This document shows positions 46,493 through 57,075 of a DNA stretch of 64,000 bases, in pieces. This DNA comes from Candidatus Azobacteroides sp. Its GTDB lineage: Bacteria > Bacteroidota > Bacteroidia > Bacteroidales > WRGA01. Below the pieces are notes generated by a model. The model was not told where the DNA came from. It searched no databases and saw nothing but the letters and a program-made list of their open reading frames with translations. Made by a program: the position numbers and the translations under genes. The number at the start of each line of letters is the position of its first letter. The first letter of the stretch is position 1. The stretch covers positions 15,989-79,988 of the forward strand of contig JAJQEC010000093.1 in assembly GCA_021201815.1 (NCBI GenBank). The letters are read 5' to 3'.

Positions 46493-47311
46493 TTATCTGT
46501 ACCCTTCGGAAATTTCTTCCTGTAAGATTACTTTTATTTTTTCATCTTTTGATAATTTTTTTCTGATGTAAGGCGTGAATATATTTTTTTTTGTATGCCA
46601 TAAAAGTATGTCTGCCTCAGGAAAATATTCTTTTATAAAAGGATATGTCGTATAACCGGATGATAAATAGTTCACTTTGCTTCTTAAAAGAAGGGAATCT
46701 ATCTCCTTTGCATAGTTTAAAATTTCCTCTTCCGTGAGCTTGTAAAGATTAAAATACGGTAAATAAAAACTCGTATTAAATCCGAAATCGGTAAAAGCTT
46801 CTAAAAGTTCAGGTTGAGTGGATTCTATGATAATCCGGGATGGATGAATTCCGTTTTCAGTTATAATAGAAACTAGGCAATCATAAATCTTTGTATAGTT
46901 ATTTTTATTCAGGTTTTTTATATCCAGCCAGAAATAATGCGCATCCTTATTTGTCACGTATTGGAAAAAAGTTTGTAACGGGAGAGCAGGTATTTCCTGG
47001 ATAGCATGTGAAACATATAAAAGGTTTCTTTCCGGATCATAATTAATATCTGTTTCCAGCCCTTTGTATTTGCTCTCCATGATAGAAAGCCTTTCTAAGG
47101 TATTTACCCTGTGAAGCCAGTATTTATCTTCATAAAATGCTGTAGAAGCATACGTAGTACCTTTCGTTTCCAGTTTAGGAAATGACCGGATAATTAATAA
47201 TTCTTCTTTCCAGGAAATTTTAAAAAAAACAAATAGGATAGCTAGGATAAAAAGGAAAAAGAAGAATGTCAGTACGGCCTTTTTCATTGGGGTAAGAAAA
47301 GACTGTCTCAA
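46493..47311 (-). CDS. Membrane-anchored GDPD/PLD-like (sphingomyelinase-D-like) protein, tentative
   Basis: 272-aa ORF with an N-terminal TM. WLHRVNTLERL...GLETDINYD resembles the H-x-V-N ... G-x-E-x-D core of the GDPD-like PLD family. Confidence 0.35.
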   Translation of the reverse strand: MRQSFLTPMKKAVLTFFFFLFILAILFVFFKISWKEELLIIRSFPKLETKGTTYASTAFYEDKYWLHRVNTLERLSIMESKYKGLETDINYDPERNLLYVSHAIQEIPALPLQTFFQYVTNKDAHYFWLDIKNLNKNNYTKIYDCLVSIITENGIHPSRIIIESTQPELLEAFTDFGFNTSFYLPYFNLYKLTEEEILNYAKEIDSLLLRSKVNYLSSGYTTYPFIKEYFPEADILLWHTKKNIFTPYIRKKLSKDEKIKVILQEEISEGYR

Positions 47312-47361
47312 TAGAAATAAAACCGGAAGGTATCCGTATTGAGACAGTCCTATTCCAACTA

Positions 47362-48429
47362 TTATTTATTATTGATATAATTTACAATCCATTCTCCTAC
47401 TTCGGAGGTTTTATAAGCTTTTCCGGTCGCAATATCTTCCGTTACCACTCCTTCTTTCATCGAAGCGTCCACTGCTTCTCTTATCAAGGCACCTTCTTTC
47501 TGCAAGTCAAATGCATATTCGAACATCAGGGCAGCAGAAAGAATAGTTGCCAGCGGATTGGCAATATCTTTTCCTGCAGCCTGCGGATAGGAACCGTGGA
47601 TCGGTTCGAAAACAGACGTATGAATACCGATGGATGCAGAAGGCAGCATTCCTAATGATCCCGTAATTACAGAAGCCTCATCCGTCAGAATGTCGCCGAA
47701 CATATTTTCCGTAACTATTACATCGAAACGTTTCAGCCATTGTACTAACTGCATCGCAGCATTATCCACAAACATGTATTCTGTTTCCACTTCCGGAAAT
47801 TCTTTCTCTATTTCCTGTCCTACCTGTCTCCACAATCGGGAAGTTGCCAGTACATTTGCTTTATCTACAATGGTTAATTTGTTTTTCCGTTTTTTTGCAT
47901 AAGAATAGGCAAGACGAATGATACGTTCTACTTCTTCCCGGGTATAGACACAAGTATCATAAGCCGTGTTTCCGTCTTCTGTCCTTCCCTGAGGACGGCC
48001 AAAATAGATACCGCCTGTTAGTTCCCTGATACACATAAAATCCGCACCGTTAATTAATTCATCCTTTAATGGCGATTTATGAATTAAAGAAGCAAAAGTT
48101 GTCACCGGACGAATATTAGCATACAAGCCTAATTTTTTACGCATTGCTAATAATCCCTGTTCCGGACGAACTTTAGCGGACGGATCGTTGTCATATTTAG
48201 GAGCACCGATAGCTCCGAACAATACAGCATCGGATTTCATGCAAAGTTCATGTGTTTCCTCGGGGTAAGGATTCCCTACTGCATCAATAGCAGATGCTCC
48301 CACCAATGCTTTTTTATAAGTTAATTCGTGATTGAATTTTTTACAAATAGCTTTTGTAACTTCTAATGCCTGAGCTACTATTTCTTCTCCTATTCCGTCG
48401 CCGGGTAATACTGCAATATTTAAATTCAT
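47362..48429 (-). CDS. leuB: 3-isopropylmalate dehydrogenase
   Basis: 355-aa ORF with [35 protein letters not shown]. Confidence 0.85.
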   Translation of the reverse strand: MNLNIAVLPGDGIGEEIVAQALEVTKAICKKFNHELTYKKALVGASAIDAVGNPYPEETHELCMKSDAVLFGAIGAPKYDNDPSAKVRPEQGLLAMRKKLGLYANIRPVTTFASLIHKSPLKDELINGADFMCIRELTGGIYFGRPQGRTEDGNTAYDTCVYTREEVERIIRLAYSYAKKRKNKLTIVDKANVLATSRLWRQVGQEIEKEFPEVETEYMFVDNAAMQLVQWLKRFDVIVTENMFGDILTDEASVITGSLGMLPSASIGIHTSVFEPIHGSYPQAAGKDIANPLATILSAALMFEYAFDLQKEGALIREAVDASMKEGVVTEDIATGKAYKTSEVGEWIVNYINNK

Positions 48430-48546
48430 TTCCTGATTATATATTTACAAATTTGATTTTATTGGATAGATAAGCGTTTATTATATAATAAAATACAAGT
48501 TGTTCAAAATAGCTATTCCGAATAACTTGTATTATAACAGTTATTC

Positions 48547-49890
48547 TTACAATCTTTTTTTAATGGCTTTTGTTTCTTCTTCGTATCCTGGCTTTTCCAG
48601 CAAAGCAAACATGTTTTTCTTATAGGCTTCTACCCCTGGCTGGTCAAAAGGATTTACATCCAGGATATACCCACTGATTCCACACGCTTTTTCAAAGAAA
48701 TAAAGTAACTGCCCGATATAATATGCATTTAAAACCGGGAGTTCGATATGAAGATTCGGTACTCCTCCGTCAATATGAGCGATCTGGGTACCCAGTTCTG
48801 CCATTTTATTTACATAATCAATCCGTTTTCCGGCAAGGAAGTTAAGACCGTCCAGATTCTCTTTGTCACTTGGAACTTCCAGTTTTTTGTTTGCTTCTTT
48901 TATAGAAATGACTGTTTCAAAGATAGATCTTTCACCTTCCTGTATCCATTGTCCCATGGAGTGTAAGTCGGTAGTAAAATCTACGGCAGCCGGGAAAATT
49001 CCCTTGTTTTCTTTTCCTTCACTTTCTCCGTATAATTGTTTCCACCATTCGGAAACAAAGTGTAATTTAGGATGATAGTTTACGAGGATTTCTATTTTTT
49101 TACCATTTACATATAATTCATTTCTTACCGCAGCATAAAGAGCAGCCGGATTTTCAGCAAAAGGAGTTTCGGTACCACATAATTTTTCCATATCTACGGC
49201 ACCTTTTATTAACTCACGGATATCAATGCCTGCTACTGCAATCGGCAATAAACCTACCGGAGTCAATACGGAGAAGCGGCCACCTACATTGTCCGGAATA
49301 ACAAATGTTTTATATCCTTCCTGAGTGGCAAGTTGCCGTAACGCTCCTTTGGAAGCATCTGTAATGGCAACAATTCTTTTCTGTGCTTCTTGTTTTCCTA
49401 TCTGTTTCTCAAGTTGTGTTTTTAGTAAACGAAAAGCCAGTGCGGTTTCTGTAGTCGTTCCTGATTTGGAAATATTGATAATTCCGAATTGCTTGTCCTG
49501 CAGATATTCGCTTAATTCTGCTAGGTAATCTTCACTAATGTTGTTTCCGGCATATACCATAACAGGGTTTTTTCTTTCTTTCTGCAACCAGTCAAAACTG
49601 CCGGATAATGCATCGATTACAGCTTTGGCTCCCAGATAGCTGCCACCGATTCCGGCAACCACTATCACTTCACAAGCCTGACGCAATGAATTGGCAGTTG
49701 CCTGAATATCTTTTATTAACTCTTCAGAGATAGACGAAGGAAGAGTTACCCAACCCAGAAAATCATTTCCTTTGCCTGTTCCGTCCTGTAGCTTCTGATT
49801 CGCTGCATTTGCTTTGTTTTCATATCCGTACACCCGGTCTTTTGCTATAAAGCTGAATGCTTTTTCGATGTTTAATTTAATATTTTCCAT
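48547..49890 (-). CDS. pgi: Glucose-6-phosphate isomerase
   Basis: 447-aa ORF with ISKSGTTTE and the GGRFSVLT motif. Confidence 0.9.
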   Translation of the reverse strand: MENIKLNIEKAFSFIAKDRVYGYENKANAANQKLQDGTGKGNDFLGWVTLPSSISEELIKDIQATANSLRQACEVIVVAGIGGSYLGAKAVIDALSGSFDWLQKERKNPVMVYAGNNISEDYLAELSEYLQDKQFGIINISKSGTTTETALAFRLLKTQLEKQIGKQEAQKRIVAITDASKGALRQLATQEGYKTFVIPDNVGGRFSVLTPVGLLPIAVAGIDIRELIKGAVDMEKLCGTETPFAENPAALYAAVRNELYVNGKKIEILVNYHPKLHFVSEWWKQLYGESEGKENKGIFPAAVDFTTDLHSMGQWIQEGERSIFETVISIKEANKKLEVPSDKENLDGLNFLAGKRIDYVNKMAELGTQIAHIDGGVPNLHIELPVLNAYYIGQLLYFFEKACGISGYILDVNPFDQPGVEAYKKNMFALLEKPGYEEETKAIKKRL

Positions 49891-49919
49891 AATTCTTCAA
49901 ATCACAATGTTGAGTTATA

Positions 49920-50915
49920 TTATCTTAAAAAAGCCGTTAATTCTTTTATCTCGGAAACAGGGGATTTCTTTTCATAAAGTATTCCATATACCGCATTCAG
50001 AATAGGCATCTCTACTCCATACCGGTCATTTATCTCTTTTATGCATTTCGTACCATAATATCCTTCTGCAATCATCTCCATTTCAATATGAGCGGTTTTT
50101 ACCGAATACCCTTTTCCTACCATAGTGCCAAAAATACGGTTGCGACTGAAACGGGAATAGGCAGTTACCAGTAAATCCCCCAGGTAAACAGAATCACACA
50201 CATTTCTTGTTAATGTATGAACAGCATGCAGAAAGCTGTCCATTTCCTCTATTGCATTTGATAAAAGGACAGACTGGAAATTATCTCCGTATTTTAATCC
50301 ATGGCAGATACCACATGCAATTGCATATACATTTTTCAGTACGGAAGAATATTCTACTCCTAACACATCATCGGAGATTGAAGTTCTCACAAAGTGAGAG
50401 TTTAACGTTTTAGCAAAACATTCTGTCCGATTCTTGTCTGTGCTGGCAATGGTAAGATAGGACAATCGCTCGAAAGCTACTTCTTCTGCATGGCAGGGGC
50501 CCCCTAATACGGCAATATTTCTGGCCGGAATTCGGTAGAATTTTGCAAAATAATCCGACACAAGCATGTTTTCGTCCGGAACAATCCCTTTAATTGCGGA
50601 CACAATAAATTTCTCCGAGATATCCTGATTTAGTTTTACCAAATGCTGTTTCACAAAGGGAGAAGGAATCGCGAATATCAAGGTATCCGAATTTTCTACG
50701 ATATGATTTATATCAGAAGAAAAATTAATACGATTGGTATCAAATAGAATACTGGTAATATAAGAAGGATTATGTCCCAGACGTATAAAATCTTCCAGTT
50801 GATCTTCTCTACGCATATACCAATTGATCTTCTCATTATTCATGAGGAGAATCTTAGCAATGGCAGTTGCCCAGCTCCCTCCACCTAAAACGGCTATTCT
50901 TCCTGGTATGTTCAT
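49920..50915 (-). CDS. gpsA: NAD(P)H-dependent glycerol-3-phosphate dehydrogenase
   Basis: Start chosen at MNIPGRIAVLGGGSWATA (ATG 50915..50913). The track ORF extends 19 codons further upstream and would overlap lysS. Confidence 0.85.
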   Translation of the reverse strand: MNIPGRIAVLGGGSWATAIAKILLMNNEKINWYMRREDQLEDFIRLGHNPSYITSILFDTNRINFSSDINHIVENSDTLIFAIPSPFVKQHLVKLNQDISEKFIVSAIKGIVPDENMLVSDYFAKFYRIPARNIAVLGGPCHAEEVAFERLSYLTIASTDKNRTECFAKTLNSHFVRTSISDDVLGVEYSSVLKNVYAIACGICHGLKYGDNFQSVLLSNAIEEMDSFLHAVHTLTRNVCDSVYLGDLLVTAYSRFSRNRIFGTMVGKGYSVKTAHIEMEMIAEGYYGTKCIKEINDRYGVEMPILNAVYGILYEKKSPVSEIKELTAFLR

Positions 50916-50950
50916 AAGCAAAAAATTGAAAAATGTATAGAATTGCCTGA

Positions 50951-52678
50951 TTAGTTGATGCTCCCTACCCAACCGGTTACTTCCTCTACGGTCGGATTAG
51001 CCAGCTCCAATTTGTATTTCTTATTAATGCCGCAAATATCCTGATGCAGTTTCTGCGGATTTACATCTTTCATATCTTCTACCAATAGATAGCCTGCTTT
51101 TTGAAATACCGGGACCCATTCTTCCGGTATTCCTATGGCCATATATTTTTCTACATTGTCTTTTTTCTGTACTTTCTCCGGTCTCATCTGAGGAAAAAAT
51201 AATACTTCCTGAATAGTATGCTGTCCGGTTAACAGCATCGCCAGTCTGTCCATTCCGATTCCCATGCCGGAGGTCGGAGGCATTCCGTATTCCAGTGCGC
51301 GGACAAAGTCCATATCGATGAACATGGCTTCATCATCTCCTTTTTCACTTAATTTTAGCTGTTCCTGGAATCTTTCCAACTGGTCAATCGGATCATTTAA
51401 TTCCGAGTACGCATTTGCCAGTTCCTTTCCATTTACCATCAATTCAAAACGTTCGGTTAATTCCGGATTATGACGATGGCGTTTACAAAGTGGAGACATT
51501 TCTATCGGATAATCCGTGATGAAAGTCGGCTGGATATATTTCCCTTCACATTTTTCACCGAATATTTCATCGATAAGTTTCCCTTTACCCATAGTTTCAT
51601 CTGTCTCAATATTCAGTTTCTTACATACCTCACGGATTTCTTCTTCATCCATAGAAGAAATGTCAAATCCTGTATGCTCTTTAATGGAATCGATCATAGT
51701 GACCCGTTTATAAGGGGCTTTGAAATCGATGGTTTCTTCTCCTACTTTTACCTGGGTTGTGCCATTTACATCCATGCATATTTTCTCCAGCATATTTTCT
51801 GTAAATTCCATCATCCAGTTATAATCTTTATAAGAAACATAAATTTCCATAACCGTAAATTCCGGATTGTGAGTACGATCCATCCCCTCATTTCTGAAGT
51901 TTTTGGAAAATTCATATACCCCTTCGAATCCACCTACAATAAGCCTTTTCAAATATAATTCATCGGCAATCCTCAAATACAAAGGAATATCCAGTGCATT
52001 ATGGTGAGTTATAAACGGGCGGGCTGCAGCACCTCCGGGAATGGATTGTAAGACCGGAGTTTCTACTTCTACATAATCAAACGAACTGAAATATTCCCGC
52101 ATGGAATTATATATTTTGGTCCGTTTCAGAAATCTGTCTTTCACTCCTTCATTAACTACCAGATCCACATACCGTTGACGATAGCGTTGTTCGGGGTCTT
52201 CGAATGCGTCATAAGCAACCCCGTCTTTATATTTTACGATTGGTAACGGACGGATTGATTTTGAAAGCACAGTAACTTCCGAAGCATGCACACTGATCTC
52301 TCCCATCTGGGTGCGGAATACATATCCTTTGATTCCGATAAAGTCACCGATGTCCAGCAACCGTTTGAAGACTACATTATATAAATCTTTATTTTCGCCC
52401 GGACAGATTTCATCCCGGGAAATATATACTTGAATCCGTCCTTTGGAATCCTGCAACTCAATAAAAGAAGCTTTTCCCATAATCCGACGGCTCATGATTC
52501 TTCCCGCAATAGATACTTCCCATTTAGCTCCGTCATCCTGGAATTTTTCCTTTATCTCAGTCGAAAATGCATTGGTTACATACTCGGCTGCCGGATACGG
52601 ATCAATTCCCAGTTTTTTTAACTCATCGAGATTTTGACGACGGATAATTTCCTGTTCGCTTAATTCTAAAAGATTCAT
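50951..52678 (-). CDS. lysS: Lysine--tRNA ligase (class II)
   Basis: Start chosen at [16 protein letters not shown] (ATG 52678..52676); the track start is an upstream TTG. Class II motifs (…[15 protein letters not shown]…, …[13 protein letters not shown]…). Confidence 0.9.
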   Translation of the reverse strand: MNLLELSEQEIIRRQNLDELKKLGIDPYPAAEYVTNAFSTEIKEKFQDDGAKWEVSIAGRIMSRRIMGKASFIELQDSKGRIQVYISRDEICPGENKDLYNVVFKRLLDIGDFIGIKGYVFRTQMGEISVHASEVTVLSKSIRPLPIVKYKDGVAYDAFEDPEQRYRQRYVDLVVNEGVKDRFLKRTKIYNSMREYFSSFDYVEVETPVLQSIPGGAAARPFITHHNALDIPLYLRIADELYLKRLIVGGFEGVYEFSKNFRNEGMDRTHNPEFTVMEIYVSYKDYNWMMEFTENMLEKICMDVNGTTQVKVGEETIDFKAPYKRVTMIDSIKEHTGFDISSMDEEEIREVCKKLNIETDETMGKGKLIDEIFGEKCEGKYIQPTFITDYPIEMSPLCKRHRHNPELTERFELMVNGKELANAYSELNDPIDQLERFQEQLKLSEKGDDEAMFIDMDFVRALEYGMPPTSGMGIGMDRLAMLLTGQHTIQEVLFFPQMRPEKVQKKDNVEKYMAIGIPEEWVPVFQKAGYLLVEDMKDVNPQKLHQDICGINKKYKLELANPTVEEVTGWVGSIN

Positions 52679-52905
52679 ATAAAAAGTTCTAAATATAACG
52701 ATAAGCAAAAATATGTGGCATAATATTCTTGCTCTATAGTGTTATTTTTCAAGAGATTTTATGATAAATAAAACCTAAATTTCGGCAAAAGTACAAAAAT
52801 ACACGATATATAAGGAGAAAATGAAAAGGAAATGTTATTTTCCGCTATAAAAAAGACTTTTAGAATGAAAAACCGGAAAATAATTAAAGGATCGAATAAG
52901 AACTT

Positions 52906-53343
52906 TTACCTTCTTTTAGCAAAAAAGTCTTTCAGTAATTTTTGTGCTTCCTCTGCTAAAATACCTGGCTTTACATTGCATTTAGGATGAAGAACAGCCG
53001 GCGCAAATTTCCGGTAACCTCTTTTTTCATCTGTTGCTCCGAATACAAGCATCGGAAGTTGACTCCATCCGATAGCGGCCGCACACATAGAACAAGGTTC
53101 CAGCGTCACATATAATGTACAATCCGTAAGATATTTTCCGCCAAGCACATTCGCCGCTGCGGTAATTGCCTGCATTTCCGCATGTGCCGTTACATCATTC
53201 AATGTCTCTGTCAGATTGTGCGCATGGGCAATTATTTTTTCCTGCCATACAACGATTGCGCCTACAGGAATTTCTTCTTTATCAAATGCTTTCTGAGCTT
53301 CGGATAAAGCCTGTTTCATAAAATATTCGTCATTAAGAGACAT
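52906..53343 (-). CDS. tadA: tRNA adenosine(34) deaminase TadA
   Basis: 145-aa ORF with the HAEMQAI and PCSMCAAAI zinc-binding motifs. Confidence 0.9.
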   Translation of the reverse strand: MSLNDEYFMKQALSEAQKAFDKEEIPVGAIVVWQEKIIAHAHNLTETLNDVTAHAEMQAITAAANVLGGKYLTDCTLYVTLEPCSMCAAAIGWSQLPMLVFGATDEKRGYRKFAPAVLHPKCNVKPGILAEEAQKLLKDFFAKRR

Positions 53344-53369
53344 AAGCGTATACGAAAAAAAGGTAAAAT

Positions 53370-53597
53370 TTATCCTCTCATTTCATGTTCACTGAAAAGA
53401 GTCGGATAGTCATCTGTGAGACGTTGAAAAACTGCATGTATAACGGTATCTCTTACCCAATGGGAACGATTTGTGATCTTATATTTCGCCATATAATGAC
53501 AAATCGTTTTGTACTCCTCATCATTAAACATAATGGTTACTTTATGTTTTCTGGGTAAAGGATAACGGTTTTTCCTTATGGTAGGCTTTTTCTTCAT
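53370..53597 (-). CDS. Small basic protein of unknown function
   Basis: Start chosen at MKKKPTIRKNRYPLP (ATG 53597..53595), preceded by a TATTTTTG box. The longer track ORF would overlap the divergent yraN-like gene. Confidence 0.5.
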   Translation of the reverse strand: MKKKPTIRKNRYPLPRKHKVTIMFNDEEYKTICHYMAKYKITNRSHWVRDTVIHAVFQRLTDDYPTLFSEHEMRG

Positions 53598-53672
53598 TTC
53601 TTTGCAAAAATAGAGAACTTCATTATATGATAAAAGAAAAATATATATTTTTGTTTCATATTCATCTATCAA

Positions 53673-54038
53673 ATGGCCAGACATAATAAAACAGGAGAAG
53701 AAGGAGAATTGCGTGCAACGCTTTATTTAAAGGAGGCCGGCTATCATATTCTACATACAAACTGGCGGGTCGGACATTATGAACTGGATATTGTTGCAGA
53801 AAAAGATAATCAACTAGTCATTGTAGAAGTAAAAACCCGTACATCGTTGGAATTCGAAATTCCGGAAGCCGCTGTCGGAAAAGGAAAAATACGACGGATT
53901 GTTTCAGCGGCCGATGAATATATGCAGATAAATAACATGGATCTTCCGGTACGATTTGATATTATTTCCATTTATAAAAATAATGAGAAATATGAGATAG
54001 AGCATATTGAAGATGCTTTTTATCCTCCGATTATGTAA
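53673..54038 (+). CDS. YraN-family (UPF0102) endonuclease-like protein
   Basis: 121-aa ORF with GEEGELRATLYLKEAGYHILHTNWR...ELDIVA...LVIVEVKTR, typical of UPF0102. Confidence 0.8.
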   Translation: MARHNKTGEEGELRATLYLKEAGYHILHTNWRVGHYELDIVAEKDNQLVIVEVKTRTSLEFEIPEAAVGKGKIRRIVSAADEYMQINNMDLPVRFDIISIYKNNEKYEIEHIEDAFYPPIM

Positions 54039-54264
54039 AAGAAAGTTATCCGGACATGCATTGTTCTCTACTTAGGATTTATCTACGGTTGTATTGCCGG
54101 TTATAGGATTGTCCCTTGTGTAAATCGTGTCCTTTTTTATTTATCAGATTGTTATGCCGTGTCAAATTTTACTTTTTTTGACTCCGTCTAAAAGGTGAAA
54201 TTTAGAAATAAGCTATAAGCCAGCCATAAAGTTAACAAATAGGTTGTCTTTAATTCTTTTATCC

Positions 54265-54272
54265 TATATTTG
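54265..54272 (+). promoter_or_regulatory. -7 promoter box TATATTTG upstream of the symporter gene
   Basis: TAnnTTTG match 41 nt before the ATG at 54313. Confidence 0.4.
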
Positions 54273-54312
54273 AACCCGTTTTATAGGTTACCTTTTATTT
54301 TAAGAACTATAT

Positions 54313-55788
54313 ATGGGAACTATTATTTTGTTTATTCTTATTCTTTATTTTGCTTTCCTTACATGTATCTCTTTTTTAACAAGTAGAAACAATTCAGGTA
54401 ACGATGCTTTTTTTCTAGGCAACAGAAAATCCCCGTGGTATGTGGTTGCTTTTGGTATGATCGGTTCTTCCCTTTCGGGAGTAACCTTTATTTCAGTACC
54501 TGGCATGGTACGGGAAACGGATATGACCTATATGCAGATGATCTTTGGTTTCTTCTTCGGATATGCTGTTATTGCCTTTGTATTACTTCCTCTATATTAT
54601 AAACTTAATCTGACAACTATTTACGGATACCTTGATCAGCGTTTTGGGAAAAGAGCTTATAAAACGGGAGCTTCTTTTTTTATATTATCGAAAACGATTG
54701 GTGCTGCTGCCCGTCTTTATCTGGTTACTTTGATTTTACACAAACTGGTTTTTAGCCAGTGGAATATTCCTTTTTATTTAGTGACACTGGGAATTATCGG
54801 ATTAATCTGGATCTACACTTTCCGGAGTGGAATTAAAACAATTATCTGGACGGATGCCTTACAGACATGTTGCCTGATTGCTGCTTTAATTCTTATTATA
54901 TGGCAGGTGATTAATAAATTAGGGATTGACTTTTCCACTTCTTTTTCTCTTATTTTCCAAAGTGAATACTCCCGTATTTTCGTTTTCGATGACTGGATGT
55001 CAAAACAACATTTTGTAAAGCAGTTTTTCAGTGGGGTATTGATTGCGATTGTAATGAATGGACTGGACCAGGATATGATGCAGAAAAACCTCACCTGTAA
55101 AAACCTGAAAGACGCTCAGAAAAACATGCTAAGCTTCGGATTCCTGTATATTCCCATTAATTATCTGTTTTTATGTTTGGGGGTCTTATTGCTATTTTTT
55201 GCTTCGAAGTTTCAGGTTGCTTTACCCGAAAAGTCAGATGAGATTCTTCCTTTACTGGCTTCGGAATATTTAGGATTTCCTGTCCTTGTCTTTTTTTCTA
55301 TTGGAATTATCGCTGCTGCTTTTTCCAGTGCCGACTCCGCATTAACTTCTCTTACTACAACAATCTGTGTCGATCTGCTGGATATTAAAAAAGCAGATGC
55401 CATACAATCGGTTAAAATAAGAAGAAAAATTCATTTATTAATCAGTTTTCTTTTCCTGTTTGTCATCTTAATAATTGACAATGCCGGACAAACCAGTATT
55501 CTGAATACCATTTATAAGGTAGCTTCTTATACCTACGGTCCTTTATTGGGAATGTTTTTCTTTGGATTGTTTACTAAGATTTCCGTTAAGGATAAAAACA
55601 TTCCCTTCGTTTGTATACTTGCCCCGGTCCTATGCGTTGGACTGGAGTTGCTTTTGAATTACTCTTTCCATTATCAGGTCGGAAATGAAATTCTTCTGCT
55701 TAATGGCCTGTTGACTGTAATCGGTTTATTGAGTGTATCTGTTTTCAAAAGAAAAAGCAAGTCAAAAATATTTCAGAACAGAAAATAA
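54313..55788 (+). CDS. Sodium:solute symporter family transporter
   Basis: 491-aa polytopic ORF with SSS-family character (…GNRKSPWYVVAFGMIGSSLSGVTFISVPG…). Confidence 0.8.
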   Translation: MGTIILFILILYFAFLTCISFLTSRNNSGNDAFFLGNRKSPWYVVAFGMIGSSLSGVTFISVPGMVRETDMTYMQMIFGFFFGYAVIAFVLLPLYYKLNLTTIYGYLDQRFGKRAYKTGASFFILSKTIGAAARLYLVTLILHKLVFSQWNIPFYLVTLGIIGLIWIYTFRSGIKTIIWTDALQTCCLIAALILIIWQVINKLGIDFSTSFSLIFQSEYSRIFVFDDWMSKQHFVKQFFSGVLIAIVMNGLDQDMMQKNLTCKNLKDAQKNMLSFGFLYIPINYLFLCLGVLLLFFASKFQVALPEKSDEILPLLASEYLGFPVLVFFSIGIIAAAFSSADSALTSLTTTICVDLLDIKKADAIQSVKIRRKIHLLISFLFLFVILIIDNAGQTSILNTIYKVASYTYGPLLGMFFFGLFTKISVKDKNIPFVCILAPVLCVGLELLLNYSFHYQVGNEILLLNGLLTVIGLLSVSVFKRKSKSKIFQNRK

Positions 55789-56037
55789 ATAGGGAATTAG
55801 GTTAGCTTTATTAAGAACCTGTTCAGGGGTAATTTCGCTGATTAGCTTTTCTTTTTTCAGAAAGAATTCTCTTAAACGTAGTGTTTTTACTGTGTTTCAT
55901 AAGGTATATTAACATATTTGTTTTTATTAAATCTTATGCATTTTTATGGGAAACAGGCTCGTTACTTATTAAAAATTCACTCTCTTTTAGTCCCAATCCC
56001 ATTTCCTCAAGACCTTTTAAAACGTTCTTTACAAAAA

Positions 56038-56070
56038 TTGTGTGTTTCTGATGAACACACAATTTTTTTT
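56038..56070 (+). terminator. Rho-independent terminator (stem ttgtgtgtt / aacacacaa, then T8)
   Basis: 9-bp perfect stem with a 7-nt loop followed by eight T, read directly. Preceded by A5, so possibly bidirectional. Confidence 0.6.
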
Positions 56071-56099
56071 CTCCTTCCTGCTCCCCTATCTTTGCAGGG

Positions 56100-56366
56100 A
56101 TCATTTTAATAAAAAACCTTTGAAGATGCAAGTTAACACTATTACAAACTTAAAAAATACATTCCCTGTGTCTATCCCATGTGTTCCCGGAATAAAAAAA
56201 GAAACGTTTAAAAGGATTACTCTTTCCGGGAAAAAGAATAAAATGTCCCTAAGGAAGAAATAATAATTTCGACACCATATATCTTTCGGTCTGCAACTCC
56301 TTTGATAAAGGGATCCGGAGGATAAGCAGAGCGGGTAGTGCCAGTGGGCGCTATCCGCCTTTTTTT
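56100..56366 (+). ncRNA. Candidate small RNA or small-protein transcript bounded by a TATCTTTG -7 box (56087..56094) and a hairpin+T7 terminator (56331..56366)
   Basis: Promoter-like box immediately after the previous terminator. gcgggtag / ctatccgc stem followed by ttttttt. No ORF of 60 aa or more with convincing character; a 45-codon basic ORF (MQVNTITNLKNTF...) lies inside. Confidence 0.25.
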
Positions 56367-56412
56367 GCCCTGAATTATGTTAAAAACTCCGGCGAACTCT
56401 TTGCAGGATTCA

Positions 56413-56544
56413 TTTGACCTCTGCAAAGAAGTCGGGTGATCTCTGCAAAGAAGTGGGGTGACCTCTTTAAAGAGGTAGGGTGATCTCTGCAAAGAGGTAA
56501 GGTGAATCTTGCAAAGAGGTGAGGTGAACACTGCATAGAGATAA
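56413..56544. repeat. Six contiguous 22-bp direct repeats, each an imperfect palindrome (consensus GGTGATCTCTGCAAAGAGGTRG)
   Basis: Unit starts at 56413, 56435, 56457, 56479, 56501 and 56523 (exact 22-bp period). Unit 3 contains the perfect 16-bp palindrome ACCTCTTTAAAGAGGT. Confidence 0.9.
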
Positions 56545-57075
56545 TTTTGAGGCAAAAAAATGAAAAAAAGGTGTTTTTTTGACGGAAAAAACTATTGATA
56601 ACAGTGTTTTTTTGTCTTTAATTAAATAAAAATTTATATTTTGTAAATCTTTGTTTAATTGTAAGCATGAAAAATAATCTTATACGGAGCTATTCAGGAG
56701 GCATTTTCCGGGAATTTCCATAGAACGTTACCGGAGTGATGGATTTGTTTTAAGCGAACGGGAGTTCCGGTTCAGGAAAAAAGGAGTGACTTTTTATTAT
56801 TCGTTCGGTAACGTCATGGTTTTTGACCTAATCTCACTTTTGACGAAAGCAACAAGGAAAGGTTAGACAAGAAATAACGATTCGGTTAACAAAAAAGCGG
56901 AAAGGAGTTATCTACGGTTAAATACCCAGAGGAACAGGGTTTGCTTCCGATAAAATAATCAGTATCCATAAGCCTTAATCGGTTGATAAAATCTTTCTTT
57001 TTCATTCTTTTATAATGTATAAAAATAATATTTAATAAAATAAATAAGCAAAAACTTAAATACAAACTTGTTGGA

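Noticed and set aside
56413-56544. CRISPR array
   Set aside because: The 22-bp units are directly contiguous with no spacers, are shorter than CRISPR repeats, and no cas genes are nearby.
56217-56555. 112-aa minus-strand ORF overlapping the 22-bp array as a real repeat protein
   Set aside because: A 22-bp period is not a multiple of 3, so the peptide repeat is only a by-product. The ORF has odd composition (HLTSLQRS...), no plausible start context, and overlaps the plus-strand terminator.
55789-57075. A suppressor tRNA or other tRNA hidden in the long non-coding regions (also 15126..15652, 16253..16784, 31947..32608, 34673..35262)
   Set aside because: Scanning by eye, I found no cloverleaf-compatible sequence with a GGTTCGAAT-type T-loop and matching acceptor stem. 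Near matches (ggttcgttc near 5657, ccggttcagg near 56770) lack complementary arms. A tRNAscan-SE run would be decisive.
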